Translations under genes and position numbers: made by a program
Shown: piece after piece, positions 10,362 through 21,995 of the stretch
How the letters are laid out: every line of letters starts with the position of its first letter
How positions within the stretch are numbered: position 1 is the stretch's first letter
From: Octopus sinensis
Taxonomy: Eukaryota
NCBI RefSeq assembly: GCF_006345805.1
Contig: NW_021831917.1
Coordinates: forward strand, 1-34,794
Reading direction: 5' to 3'
Length of the DNA stretch: 34,794 bases
The notes under the pieces: model-generated
The model's database searches: none
Seen by the model: only the letters and a program-made list of their open reading frames with translations
Told to the model about the DNA's origin: nothing

Positions 10362-11715
10362 TTCTAGTTGACAAACCTGAGATCTTTCTGTCCACTCTCT
10401 TACATAAGTTCTTGGACACCAAGAACAGCAGGCAAGACCCAGTTTAAATGCAAGTAAGCTTCTTGTTGGGCTCGTGGTAAGTATTTTAGAAGCTAAATCC
10501 TGTGTCACATTTAGGAAGTTAACTAGGCTTAAGCTAGTTTCTAATGTAATTCTAAGTTTGAAAACTTGGATAGTATCTTTCCTTAGTTTATCTGGAGTAT
10601 GGCTATTGACACATCTAGACATAGCCTACGCGTCATCCCCGTAAAAACCAAATGCAGCATTTGAAAACGGTGCATCCAATAAGTAAAATCCAATGAGGGT
10701 ACAGATGTCAGCACTGTCAAATGATCCCAAAGGATCTGGTTCGGTTGGATTGTTTGATTCGGGCTGATCCTGGTTTGCAAAACGACTTCCGTATCTCTGG
10801 TACATCAGCGACATTTCTAGCAGAATTTGGTGCCTGGATTTATAACTCTTTGGAAACCAATGAATAGAAATCCACGATGTCAAATTGTACACCGGCTTTT
10901 GTACGATTCTGCCCTTGCTGCGTTGTTGTTGTTGTTGTTGTTGTTAAACAACAAGACAGGTAAGGGTGATTAGGTGATGGTCTAGGGTTTAGGGGCAGGA
11001 GACCCCCATACCTTGAAAAAAAAACTTGTCTTGTTGTAGTCGAGGGATCTTCGTTGACGTCCGACACCACTGGGAGGTGGCCTTCGAAGTCGCTGGAAAT
11101 GGAGATCTCCACGTCCAAATTCTTGAACGGCTGCCCTTGCTGCTGAAAGTGCTAGACCGAGAAATTACTTCCACACCAGAAGCTTTCCTAATGCCATCAT
11201 CAATTTTCCTAATTATATACTTACTGACAATTCATACAAACCTATCGGATTTCTCAGGTTTTGTCTGCCTACAGATAGGGTTAGAGGCTGAATTATCCTC
11301 GTGGTCTTTAATAGTATTAAAATCTTACGTTTAACTAGAGTCTCCACGCTGTCATCTATATCCAACTTCAGAACTAAATCTTTTACTTCACTGTTTGTAT
11401 TACCATAAATCTGCGCGTCTGCCTTCTTATATTTCAGTATGACACCATTTCTTAACAAACCATTCATGCACACTGTTGTCTACCGCGTACAAGTTCTTAG
11501 TTTTATCGAAGAACAATAAGACTGTATTCGAAGATTTTAGCCTGTTTATGTCAAATTTAAGCTTAGTCTGAAAGGGGTTAGAGGACTTACAGGATTCTAG
11601 TTTTCGTATCATATTCAGAAGGTCCGATTCATGGCACTTACGTGACTGAGTGTACAAAACTTCTCTTTGGTGGGACCCCAAGCCGTCTCAGGCTTAAAAC
11701 ACCACACTATATATT
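10362..11715 (-). pseudogene. Penelope-like retroelement RT relic, 5'- and 3'-truncated, interrupted by a 209-bp insert
   Basis: ESDLLNMIRKLE..FQTKLKFDINRLKSSNTVLLFFDKTKNLY, LKDHEDNSASNPICRQTKPEKSD, VSKYIIRKIDDGIRKASG, VQFDIVDFYSLVSKEL, LGSFDSADICTLIGFYLL, GFYGDDA, LRITLETSLSLVNFLNVTQDL: PLE RT motifs in colinear order. Confidence 0.85.
10922..11130 (-). mobile_element. 5'-truncated retroposed insert with (AAC)n tail and 13-bp TSD
   Basis: TSD CTGCCCTTGCTGC at 10909-10921 and 11131-11143; (GTT)n at 10922-10945 is an (AAC)n 3' tail on the minus strand. Confidence 0.8.
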
Positions 11716-11730
11716 TCCTGGCTGTATTTA

Positions 11731-12880
11731 CTACAAATTTACGGTTAAGTAGACTGGAGCGATACAGCGTGAAATAATGTGATTTTCTTAAGGACAGAAC
11801 GCGCCTGTGAAAGGATCGAACCCACGAAGTTTCGATTGTTAATCCAACACCGACCCAAAATTAGACCACGTGGAGGCGAGGGCTGGGTGGCTTTGATAGT
11901 TTCTGTAAAGAGTGATCATCAGACACAGGAACTTCTCTCTTGTGTGAAATAACCAATTTGCTACAAATTTACGGTTAAGTAGACTGGAGCGGTACAGCGT
12001 GAAATAATGTGATTTTCTTAAGGACAGAACGCGCCTGTGAAAAGATCGAACCCACGAAGTTTCGATTGTTAATCCAACACCGACCCAAAATTAGACCACG
12101 TGGAGGCGAGGGCTGGGTGGTTTTGATAGTTTCTGTAAAGAATGATCATCAGACACAGAAACTTCTCTCTTGTGTGAAATAACCAATTTGCTACAAATTT
12201 ACGGTTAAGTAGACTGGAGCGGTACAGCGTGAAATAATGTGATTTTCTTAAGGACAGAACGCGCCTGTGAAAGGATCGACCCACGAAGTTTCGATTGTTA
12301 TCCATCTAACACCGACCCAAAATTAGACCACGTGGAGGCGAGGGCTGGGTGGCTTTGATAGTTTCTGTAAAGAATGATCATCAGACACAGAAACTTCTCT
12401 CTTGTGTGAAATAACCAATTTGCTACAAATTTACGGTTAAGTAGACTGGAGCGGTACAGCGTGAAATAATGTGATTTTCTTAAGGACAGAACGCGCCTGT
12501 GAAAGGATCGAACCCACGAAGTTTCGATTGTTAATCCAACACCGACCCAAAATTAGACCACGTGGAGGCGAGGGCTGGGTGGCTTTGATAGTTTCTGTAA
12601 AGAGTGATCATCGGACACAGAAACTTCTCTCTTGTGTGAAATAACCAATTTGCTACAAAATTACGGTTAAGTAGACTGGAGCGGTACAGCGTGAAATAAT
12701 GTGATTTTCTTAAGGACAGAACGCCCCTGTGAAAGGATCGAACCCACGAAGTTTCGATTGCTAATCCAACACCCACCCGAAATTAGACCACGTGGAGGCG
12801 AGGGCTGGGTGGCTTTGATAGTTTCTGTAAAGAGTGATCATCAGACTCACAGAATTTTCTCTCTTGTGTGAAATAACCAA
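11731..12880 (-). repeat. Five-copy head-to-tail tandem array of a ~230-bp unit (SINE-D-like Pol III head plus hammerhead-like motif)
   Basis: Anchor TGTGTGAAAT recurs at 11941, 12171, 12403, 12633 and 12865 (period 230-232). The minus strand has B-box GGTTCGATCC, a SINE-D-like body and CTGATGA-N12-GAAAC. Confidence 0.9.
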
Positions 12881-13776
12881 GAAATATGCTTCGTTTCGGA
12901 GATCGAAGTTTCCTAGGTTGTTTCAATCACCACCACCGCCGCCACTGTCACGTCAAAGAAAGAGAAAGTGAAAGTGAGAGACAGAAAGAAGAGAGAAGAG
13001 AGAGAGAGAGGGGGTAGAGGGAGGGAGGGAGAGGTTTGCGTGTGTGTGTGTGTGTGTGTGTGGGTGTGTGCTGAGTATTGTTGGGGAGTTGTTGATGGAT
13101 AGTTGCAGGGTGTTGCTGGCTGTTATTTATTGCTGTAAATCGATGAGAGATTAATGGTCGGAATATTAATGTTGCACTTTTATTGAGAGGAAAGTCTGAG
13201 ATAACATTTCGATGTGAGAGAGAGAGAGAGGGAGAGTGAGGGGGAGAGTGGGGGGAGAGAGAGAATGGGGAACAGAGCGAGAGGGGACGGGGAAGGTGAG
13301 GAGGGGTGGGGGGAGGGAGGGAGTGAAAAGGGGGAGACGGAGGAGAGGTCGGTGACAAACTTAGATGACATTAACAGAAGGTCAGTGTGGTGACGGAGAA
13401 GGAGGAGGAGGAGGAAGAGGAGGAGTTAAGAGACAGAAGGAAAAGAAGGAAAAGGGGTTGGTAAGCAGCAGGAGGAGGAGGAGGAGGAGGAGGAGGAGTT
13501 AAGAAAAAGAAAGAGGGTGAAGAAGAAGAAGAAGAAGAAGAAGTAGTAGTAGTAGTAGTAGTAGTAGTTAGTAGTGGTAGTAGTAGTAGTTTAGCAACAC
13601 CCGAAGTTATGTGTTCTTCCCTTGTTACGTCCACAGTGACAGACCCAATAAATATTCAATCTTTCTGTGAAATTAGAACTCGTGCTTACACCACGGCAGA
13701 GATTTTTCTTTTCTTATTTAGTAGTTTGGAAAAGAATTTTCACCATTTTTACCTCCCTTTAACATTTACTGAAGCT

Positions 13777-13796
13777 AACACACACACGCACACACA

Positions 13797-13861
<65 letters not shown>

Positions 13862-14535
13862 ACTCTCTCAATCTATCTATATATCTACGTTGCCCGCCCC
13901 CTCTCTCTCTTCCACTTTCTCTCTCTCTTTCTCTCCTCTCGCTCTCTGTTTCTCACTCACACACACACTCACATACACAAACTCACGCACTCTCACACAC
14001 ATACACACACACACACTTTCACGCACACTATCCCCATCTCTTTTACACACACACTCATGCACACATCTCTGTCACACACACACACACACACTCTCTCTCT
14101 CATACACATGCACACACAAACACACACTATCACACACACACTCATACACACATCTCTCTCTCTCTCACTCTCTCTCTCTCTCACTCTCTCTCTCTCACTC
14201 TCTCTCTCTCTCTCTCACTCACTCTCTCTCTCTCTCTCTCTCTCAATCACACACTCTCCCTCTATCTTTTTCACGTTTTCTCCCTCTTTCTCTTTCTCAC
14301 TCTCTCTCACTCTATCTCTCTCTCACTCTCTCACACACACACATACACACACACTCACACACTCTCACTTTCTCTCTCACTCACATACTCTCTCTCTTTC
14401 TTTCTTTCTCTCTCTCTCACACACACTATCACACATACTCTCACTCACACACACACTCTCTCTCTCCCTCTCTCTTTTTCATGCTTTCTCTCTCTCTTTC
14501 ACGCACGCAAGCACACACACACACACACACACACT
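13777..14535. repeat. Mixed (CT)n/(CA)n low-complexity tract
   Basis: Directly visible; source of the S/L/H/T-rich spurious ORFs. Confidence 0.95.
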
Positions 14536-14580
14536 GTTGATCCTCAACTGCGAAAAGTACAAATTACTAAAATATGCAAA

Positions 14581-15058
14581 GGTCAGCTGGCCTCCATAGA
14601 TCGGTGTTGGCCTCCAAAGGTCGGTGTTGGCCTCCAAAGGTCAGTGTTGGCCTCCAAAGGTCGGTGTTAGCCTCCAAAGGTCGGTGTTGGCCTCCAAAGG
14701 TCGGTGTTGGCCTCCACAGGTTAGTGTTGGCCCTCAAAGGTCAGTGTTGGCCTCCAAAGGTCGGTGTTGGCCTCCAAAGGTAGGTGTTGGCCTCCAAAGG
14801 TCAGTGTTGGCCTCCAAAGGTCGGTGTTGGCCTCCAAAAGTCGGTGTTGGCCTCCAAAGGTCGGTGTTGGCCTCCAAAGGTCGGTGTTGGCCTCCAAAGG
14901 TCAGTGTTGGCCTCCAAAGGTCAGTGTTGGCCTCCAAAAGTCGGTGTTGGCCTCCAAAGGTCGGTGTTGGCCTCCAAAGGTCGGTGTTGGCCTCCAAAGG
15001 TCAGTGTTGGCCTCCAAAGGTCGGTGTTGGCCTCCAAAGGTCGGTTTTGACCTCCAAA
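14581..15058 (+). repeat. 20-bp minisatellite GGTCGGTGTTGGCCTCCAAA, about 24 copies
   Basis: Directly visible; main variant has TCAG for TCGG; no spacers. Confidence 0.95.
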
Positions 15059-15059
15059 A

Positions 15060-15250
15060 CGCCTCCTCACCATACACAAGCTCCATTCCCGCATCTCTTC
15101 TCTTCTCGTTGTCCTTCCTGTATCCAACCTCCCAGTCGCCTTATTTACTATCATGCAAAGTCCTTCCTCACCAAAACGTCATCCCTCTGGAATCCCCTCC
15201 CTGATCAGGTCTTTCCTGGTACAGATGTCTATTCTTTGGAACATTAGGAG
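15060..15250 (+). pseudogene. CR1/Jockey-like LINE ORF2 C-terminal fragment
   Basis: ...[25 protein letters not shown] resembles the SFFxRTxxLWNSLPxxVFP C-terminus of these LINEs. Confidence 0.6.
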
Positions 15251-16941
15251 CAGCAACAATCTCACCAGTACCGGAAGCCTATCAAGAGCTGGGGCACTGC
15301 TCTCCCTCCTGACCAGGCAAGTAATGTGTGTGTGTGTTTGTGTGCGTGTGTGTGTGTGTGTGCGTGTGTGTGTGTGTGTGCGCGTGTGTATATGTGTAAG
15401 TGTGAAAGTATGTACGTGTATGTGTGTGCGCGTGTGTTTAAGAGTGCGTGTTATACATGTGTGTGTATGCGTGTGTGAGTGTGCATGTTGTACGTGAATG
15501 TGTGTGCGCGCGCGCGCGTATGTGTGTGCGTGTGTGTGTGTGTGCGTGTGTGTGTATGTTTGTATCCGTCCAGTTATTTGAAAACTCTTTATGTTCTGTT
15601 GTGTCTGGGGAGAGTCATTTTCTTTTTGTGCCTTATGTAAAATTTCCCCTTATTTCTTATTTTTATTTTCCTAAAATTTTCGTTGCATCTTGCAACCTTT
15701 TCAATAGTCTTTATGTTCGAAAATATCAGAAAATAGCCATTTTATGTGATAATATTTCACTTTTATTTAGAATTTTTTTTGTTAAAGTAGCAAAGCCATT
15801 GCAATGATCTAAATTTAAAACTACAGAATATGAATAAACTGTTTCTAAACTGAGTAAATTAGATCAATACATTGACAAAGAAATTAAAATTGTTCATTTC
15901 TTAGTTAGAAAATGATCGTCTGGACCTGTTTTCACGCTGAAAAAGTATCGTCTGAACTTGTTTTCACAGCAGAATTAATGTAGTGATGATAACGACAAGT
16001 TTACTAAATATCCTGGGAATACAAAAAAAAGGTTATTTGCAAATCATTTCAAAGTGGTAATTTTCTGTAATTTTCTGAAGAAGATGTGGACCCTCTTTTG
16101 TGAAATATAGTGAAATGCCTGTAGCGTACAATTGTTGACTTGAAAACATTCATTATTGAAAATATAATTCTATTAACTTCCTTCTTTCAGAACATTTTCC
16201 AGAAATGGTCAGATGCTAAATTTCTCGTTTAGGAAACAAACGTGGATGTAAAACAAACAAAAAAAAACAACTCATCCCTGGACTAAATAACAATATCGAG
16301 TAATGTTACAGCTAAGTGATTCAAATTCGAATGATTACATTGTGTAGTACGATTTTTGTCCTTGGGTGGTAACTGTTATTTCTTATTTGCTGGCGGTGCC
16401 CCAGCATGGCCACAGCTCGTGAGCTGAAACTAGATAAAATTAAAAATTTTAAAAATTTCCTTCAAACTTTGCTTTCCTCAAACTTGTATCCGCTTGGACA
16501 GCTAGAAGGGAACTGAACTGCTAGGCTTACAATCCCTGTATTTATACTGCCATCTATGTTGCCAGAACGTTGAAAAATTCTTGGAAGTTTTAGAAACCTC
16601 TCAAAAGTTCTTGAAACTTCTGGAAAGTTCAAGAAAATTATGGTTCAGCAACTCAGCACTGAATCTGTCTGAAATGTAATTGGAAGATAGGCCAGTTTAA
16701 AAATATTGATGCCCAAGATACAAAAAGAAAAGTCTGAAGGGAATAGTAGTCATTTCCTTTGATTTCTAGAAAGAAGCAAATAGGAAAATTTGCTGACCAA
16801 AAACGAAACAAAAATAGAAATTTTGTTTCACAGTGTTATCTGCTTCTCTTAGTAATTAATTTACCCCCAAGCATTAAGATATTGGAGAACTCAAGACATC
16901 CGTAAACTCAAGATTCCTTAAACAAAAAATATTTACGTTGT

Positions 16942-17354
16942 TGGATCTTTTCGGTTTGAACGGCAGTTTTTTAAAATAATTTCTACATAACTAAACACTT
17001 TTAAACTTCGTATACTGGTAGAATGTGTTTATAAAACATCTTTTTCTCTTGGCTTTATTGAGAAAATTCTATAATATGTAAGATATTTGTTGTTGTTTTT
17101 CTTCAATTTCTGCAATTTCAACCAATCAATGACGTCTATTGAGGTAAAAAAACATTCTGTGCCGTTATGATTATGTCCCTCGTTAAGAAACAGATTTGGG
17201 TTTATTTACATTTGTGAAGGAAAAAGATACTCTTCCCCTAACCCTAACCCTAAAACAGATTGAATGCAATGATCGATACTTGGGTCATAATTATGGGTGA
17301 CAATTTCATATGACACCGCTAGAAAAAAACTGCCGTTCAAATCGAAAAGATCCA
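16942..17354. mobile_element. MITE with ~31-bp TIRs containing (CCCTAA)3
   Basis: TGGATCTTTTCGGTTTGAACGGCAGTTTTTT at 16942 is the reverse complement, with one mismatch, of AAAAAACTGCCGTTCAAATCGAAAAGATCCA ending at 17354; no clear TSD. Confidence 0.8.
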
Positions 17355-17581
17355 TTAAATCATTAAATATCACGTAAAAAATACTAAATATATCTGTATT
17401 AGCTTACGTGTGAAATTTGACTGGTGAACGCCGTTGCAGCCGCTACTGCCATCTGCAGCTGTTTTCATCTTAAAAGGCAGAAAGAAATAGGGTTTGCTAA
17501 GAAATAGAAGAGGGGGAGAAATTTCCCTCAAGGGGAGATAATCGCTAAGAGAGAGAGAGAGATTTTATTTTTTATTACTTA

Positions 17582-17981
17582 CTAGCAGTATCGCCCGGCG
17601 TTGCTCGGGTTTGTAAGGGAAATAACTATATAAGCATTTTTAGAGAGTTATAGCCAAAAGATACAAAAAAAAATGCATTAAAAATGGAAAAAAAATTATG
17701 GTAAATTTTTTTTAAATCGTTGACTCATCGTAGACTTTTTTAGAGAGTTACTTCCCTTATATAATAGCGAAAAAATGCATTAAAATGGACAAAATTATGG
17801 TAAATTTTTTTTAAATCGTAGACTCATCGTAGACGCGCGCTAATACCTAGACGGGCTCGATATGAATCACGACTATAAGATACCCGGTTTTGGTTAAACT
17901 GCACCGCAAAATGTGGGAGGAGTTAGGAATCTAAATCGTAGGAGACAGACACTCACACAACTTCACTTTTATATATATAGA
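17582..17981 (-). mobile_element. Non-autonomous Helitron, about 400 bp, with internal tandem duplication
   Basis: Minus strand A|TCTATATAT...CCCGAGCAACGCCGGGCGATACTGCTAG|T: 5' TC, subterminal CCCG/CGGG hairpin, 3' CTAG, inserted between A and T with no TSD. Confidence 0.85.
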
Positions 17982-18059
17982 TTTCATTATGCGAGTAGAT
18001 ATTTCTATATAATTCATTCTTTTTTTTATGTTTTCGTTCTCCTTGTAGCTCAACAAGAA

Positions 18060-19200
18060 TGGAATGGCAAGGTACAAAATTTTAGAGGAACATCTGAAAA
18101 CATGGATGGAAAAACTTGACGCACGGAATGTAAAATGATGACCCCTCTTGATGCTGCAGGATCTGCCTCGCCATCGTTGTATCTTGACGAACATTTTGAA
18201 ACCTGGAGATACTTTGAAGCGAACCGAATCTACCTTTTTGTTGGTCTCTCAGGTATATCATCAAGAAAAGAGAGATCAACTTCAGTGGGTCTACCGAGCA
18301 ACTGATCAAAATGCTCTTTCCATCTCGCGACAATATATTTTGGATTTGTTGATAATTCTGTGCCATCTGTTATGTAATCATCACAACAAACATGAACAAT
18401 CAACGTTGCCCATTGTCTCCCTTGATACAAGGACATTCAGTAAGTTTCCCGCCACAACAAATACCTTGTACAACAACGGCAGTCTAATAAAGTATCTCGT
18501 ATCGTTAACACGTTTTTTCAGTCTCTCTCATTTTCTTAATCTTTCATACTAAGTACTCACTACTTCCTTTAATACTCAATACATTACATATATATAACAA
18601 CAACACCATCCTTGCTCCGAAGTGGCGCAACAGTTGATGAAGCTGGTCCATAAACTTCTTTTCAAGAGAGATTAAAACAGTTTGGAATTGTTAGCATTTG
18701 ATTTCATCACGTCTATCACTCCACCAATTTTCCTGCATCATCCTCAGCTTCCTCTGCACTGTTGCTTTTACAGCCTTGAAATACGTAACCACGGTCTTGT
18801 TCGCTGACATGTCAACATTTTGCAACATGTTAAATGCCTTTCGCTTCTCCTCTAACATAAAACTAATTTCTTCATCCAACAAAGCCAAGAATGTCGCTAC
18901 AAACCTCATATACTCTTTCTTTGAATGACTTCCAACTTCCATCACTGGACAAATTATTTGCCTCACTCAGAAACTCATTGTGCAGTGACGGTATCTTAAG
19001 TTTATTGACATCAATCCGTTTAGATAATTTGTCAATATTTGCTCTAACCTTTAGGTTTCACAAGAAAATCGCCTTGGTACGCAAAAGCCTATGATCGGTC
19101 CAGCACTCCGCACCATGCATCACTCGTACAATAGTAAAATACCTAATATCTTGTTTTCTGGTGAGGATCTAATTTATAAGATGCCATTTCTTAGAACCAT
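18060..19200 (-). pseudogene. RTE-clade (BovB-like) LINE fragment: end of APE endonuclease and linker toward RT
   Basis: KKWHLIN*ILTRKQD..VRVMHGAECWTDHRLLR, EKRKAF..YFKAVKATVQRKLRMMQENWW, KEVYGP..PLRSKDG, ARWKEHFDQLLGRP..LDDIPERP. Confidence 0.8.
18373..18588. mobile_element. 216-bp insert in the RTE relic with TGTAAT...ATTACA ends (solo-LTR-like or MITE)
   Basis: Splits RTE homology between SKDGVVV and ITDGTEL; 6-bp inverted termini flanked by TA on both sides; internal AATAAA near 18486. Confidence 0.45.
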
Positions 19201-19210
19201 GTCGCTACTA

Positions 19211-19650
19211 GGGTCGATGTAATCGACTTAATCCGTTTGTCTGTCCTTGTTTGTCCCCCCTGTGTTTAGCCCTTGTGGGTAGTAAAGAAATAGGTATTTT
19301 GTCTGCCGCTACGTTCTGAGTTCAAATTCCGCCGAGGTCGACTTTGCCTTTCATCCTTTCGGGGTCGATAAATTAAGTACCAGTTACGCACTGGGGTCAA
19401 TGTTATCTACTGAATCCGTTTGTCTGTTCTTATTTGTCCCCTCTGTGTTTAGCCCTTGTGGGTAGTAAAGAAATGGGTATTTCGTCTGTCTTTACGTTCT
19501 GAGTTCAAATTCCGCCGAGGTCGACTTTGCCTTTCATCCTTTCGGGGTCGATAAATTAAGTACCAGTTGCGTACTGAGGTCGATCTAATCGACTGACCCC
19601 ACCTCCCCCAAAATTTCGTGGCTTGTACCTAGACTAGAAAAGATTATATT
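19211..19650 (+). mobile_element. SINE family B tandem multimer (partial, full and alternative-tail unit)
   Basis: Unit junctions at GGTATT 19293 and 19476 (period 183). Confidence 0.85.
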
Positions 19651-20226
19651 TCGTTGTGTCAAACCTGTTATACGTATTGGACTGACTGGGATTCAAATTT
19701 ACTTCTTAAATAAGCCACAACTTGCCGAGTCAGTCGCAAACTGTATAATGTGAGTGTGTGTGTGTGTGTGTATGTGTGTGTGTGTGTGTGTGTGTGTATT
19801 GGTCGCGTCTAATATGCGCCAAACATGTAAATCTATTCCGCAGATAATTTTTTTTCTTGTTTAAGATTCTATAACTTGATTTATCGGGGATTATTATTTC
19901 TAGTTTTATTGGCTTTTGAGTAGCATCTTAGAGATATTATTTTCAAATTCTCAATACATTCAGGCACATGCAAACACACACACACACATACGCGCACGCA
20001 CATACATGTGTACATATATCTGCATGCATACGTATAGCTTTCCTCTTTTACTTGTGTCAGTCTGTGGCTATACTGGGACACAGCCTTGAAGAATTTCTAC
20101 TTAATGTGTGTGTGTATGTGTGTGTGAGTGTGTGTGTGTGGTGTGTACATATACATGAGAGGTCCATCTGTCTATCTATCTATCTACTTATATACCTATC
20201 TATCTATATATACAAATACAAATACA

Positions 20227-20492
20227 AATAAATAAATAAATAAATGTGCCCTTTTTAAAGCCTAGCCAGACTCATGGGCCCGGTTTCCCGGTTTCAATGG
20301 CGCATGTGTTCCCCAGCTGGACGGGACGCCAGTCCATCGCAGCGTTACTCATTTTTGCCAGCTGAGTGGACTGGAGCAACGTGAAATGAAGTGTTTTGCC
20401 CAAGAACACAACGCGTCGCCCGGTCCAGGAATCGAAACCACAATCTTACGATCGTGAGTTCAACACCCTAACCACTAAGCCACACGCCTCCA
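20227..20492 (-). mobile_element. SINE family D (tRNA head, CORE-like domain, (TTTA)n tail)
   Basis: Minus strand: TGGAGGCGTGTGGCTTAGTGGTTAGGG..GGTTTCGATTCC..GTGTTCTTGGGCAAAACACTTCATTTCACGTTGCTCCAGTCCACTCAGC..GAAACCGGGAAACCGGGCCC. Confidence 0.85.
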
Positions 20493-20859
20493 CATATATA
20501 CAAATACAGCCATTTATTTCCGCCCCCCCCCCTCTCTCCTTTTCTCTCCAAGACATACAGACAGTCTTGGTTTTTCTAATAGTTTAATTCGTTCTCATTA
20601 TTATTTAATTTCACATCATTTGCCATTGTCTGCTGGTAAATGTTCCAGTTCTTTCTGCTACGTATTGACATGTTTGTGTGTGTATGTGCGAGGGTGCGTA
20701 TGTGTGTGTATGTGTGCATATGTGTGTGCGTATCTGCGCGTATGTGTGTGTATGTGTCAGTGCATATAAACACACATATTTATCTTTATACATGCGTACG
20801 TATACATATATAGATGCATACATACACATATATATACATATATGCATACATACATAGAC

Positions 20860-21163
20860 ACACGTATATACATATGTATGCATGTATGTATGTATGTATG
20901 TATGTATGCATGTACGTATGTATGCATGTATGTATGTATGTATGTATGTATGTATGTGTGTATGTATGTATGCATGTACGTATGTATGTATGTATGTAAG
21001 TGTGTATGTATGTATGTACTACGTACGTATGTTATGTACTTATGTATGTAAGAATGTATGTTGTGTGTGTGTATGTATGTACGTACGTACGTATGTATGT
21101 ATCATGTATGTATGTAGTATTATGTATGCATGTACGCATGTAGCATGCATGTATGTATGTATG

Positions 21164-21195
<32 letters not shown>

Positions 21196-21602
21196 TGTGT
21201 ATGTATGTATGCATGTACGTATGTATGTATGTGTTATGTATGTATGTATGTATGTATGTATGTAGTATGTATGTATTGTATGTATGTATGTGTGTATGTA
21301 TGTATGTATGTACTATGTAATGTAAGTATGATGTATGCAATTTAAGTAGCGTATGTATGTATGTATTATGCATGTAGTAGTTGTATGTATGTATGCATGT
21401 ATGTATGTATGTATGTATGTACGTATGTATTATGTATGTATGCATGTATGTATGTATGCATGTATGTATGTATGTATGTACGTATGTATGTATGTATGTG
21501 CCATGTATGTATGTATGTATGTAGTACGTACGTATGTATGTTGTATGTATGTATGTATGTAAGATGTATGGTGTGTGTGTATGTATGTACGTACGTACGT
21601 CG

Positions 21603-21633
<31 letters not shown>

Positions 21634-21961
21634 TGTTGTGTATGTATGTATGTACGTACGTACGTATGTATGTATGTATGTATGTATGTATGTACGTATG
21701 TATGTATGCCTGTATGTATGTATGTATGTATGTAGGCATGCACGTATGTATGCATGCAGTATGTATGTATGTATGTATGTATGTATGTATTGTGTATTAG
21801 TATGTATGTATGTATGTTGCATGTACGTATGTATGTATGTGTTATGTATGTATGTATGTATGATGTATGTATGTATGTAGTTGTGTATGTTATGTATGTA
21901 TGTACGTATGTATGTATGTATGTATGTAGTAATTGACGTATGTATGTATGTATGTAGCATG

Positions 21962-21995
<34 letters not shown>

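Noticed and set aside
11731-12880. 230-bp array as CRISPR, a tRNA gene cluster or 5S rDNA
   Set aside because: No unique spacers; the tRNA-like part has A/B boxes but no foldable cloverleaf I could support; no 5S similarity.
13609-14670. 353-aa S/L/H/T-rich ORF
   Set aside because: CT/CA low-complexity translation.
14574-15247. Repetitive LASKGRCWPPKV ORFs, and the 20-bp repeat as a CRISPR array
   Set aside because: Contiguous 20-bp minisatellite with no spacers, no cas genes and a eukaryotic context.
17236-17253. (CCCTAA)3 as a telomere or chromosome-fusion scar
   Set aside because: Only three units, located inside a TIR element.
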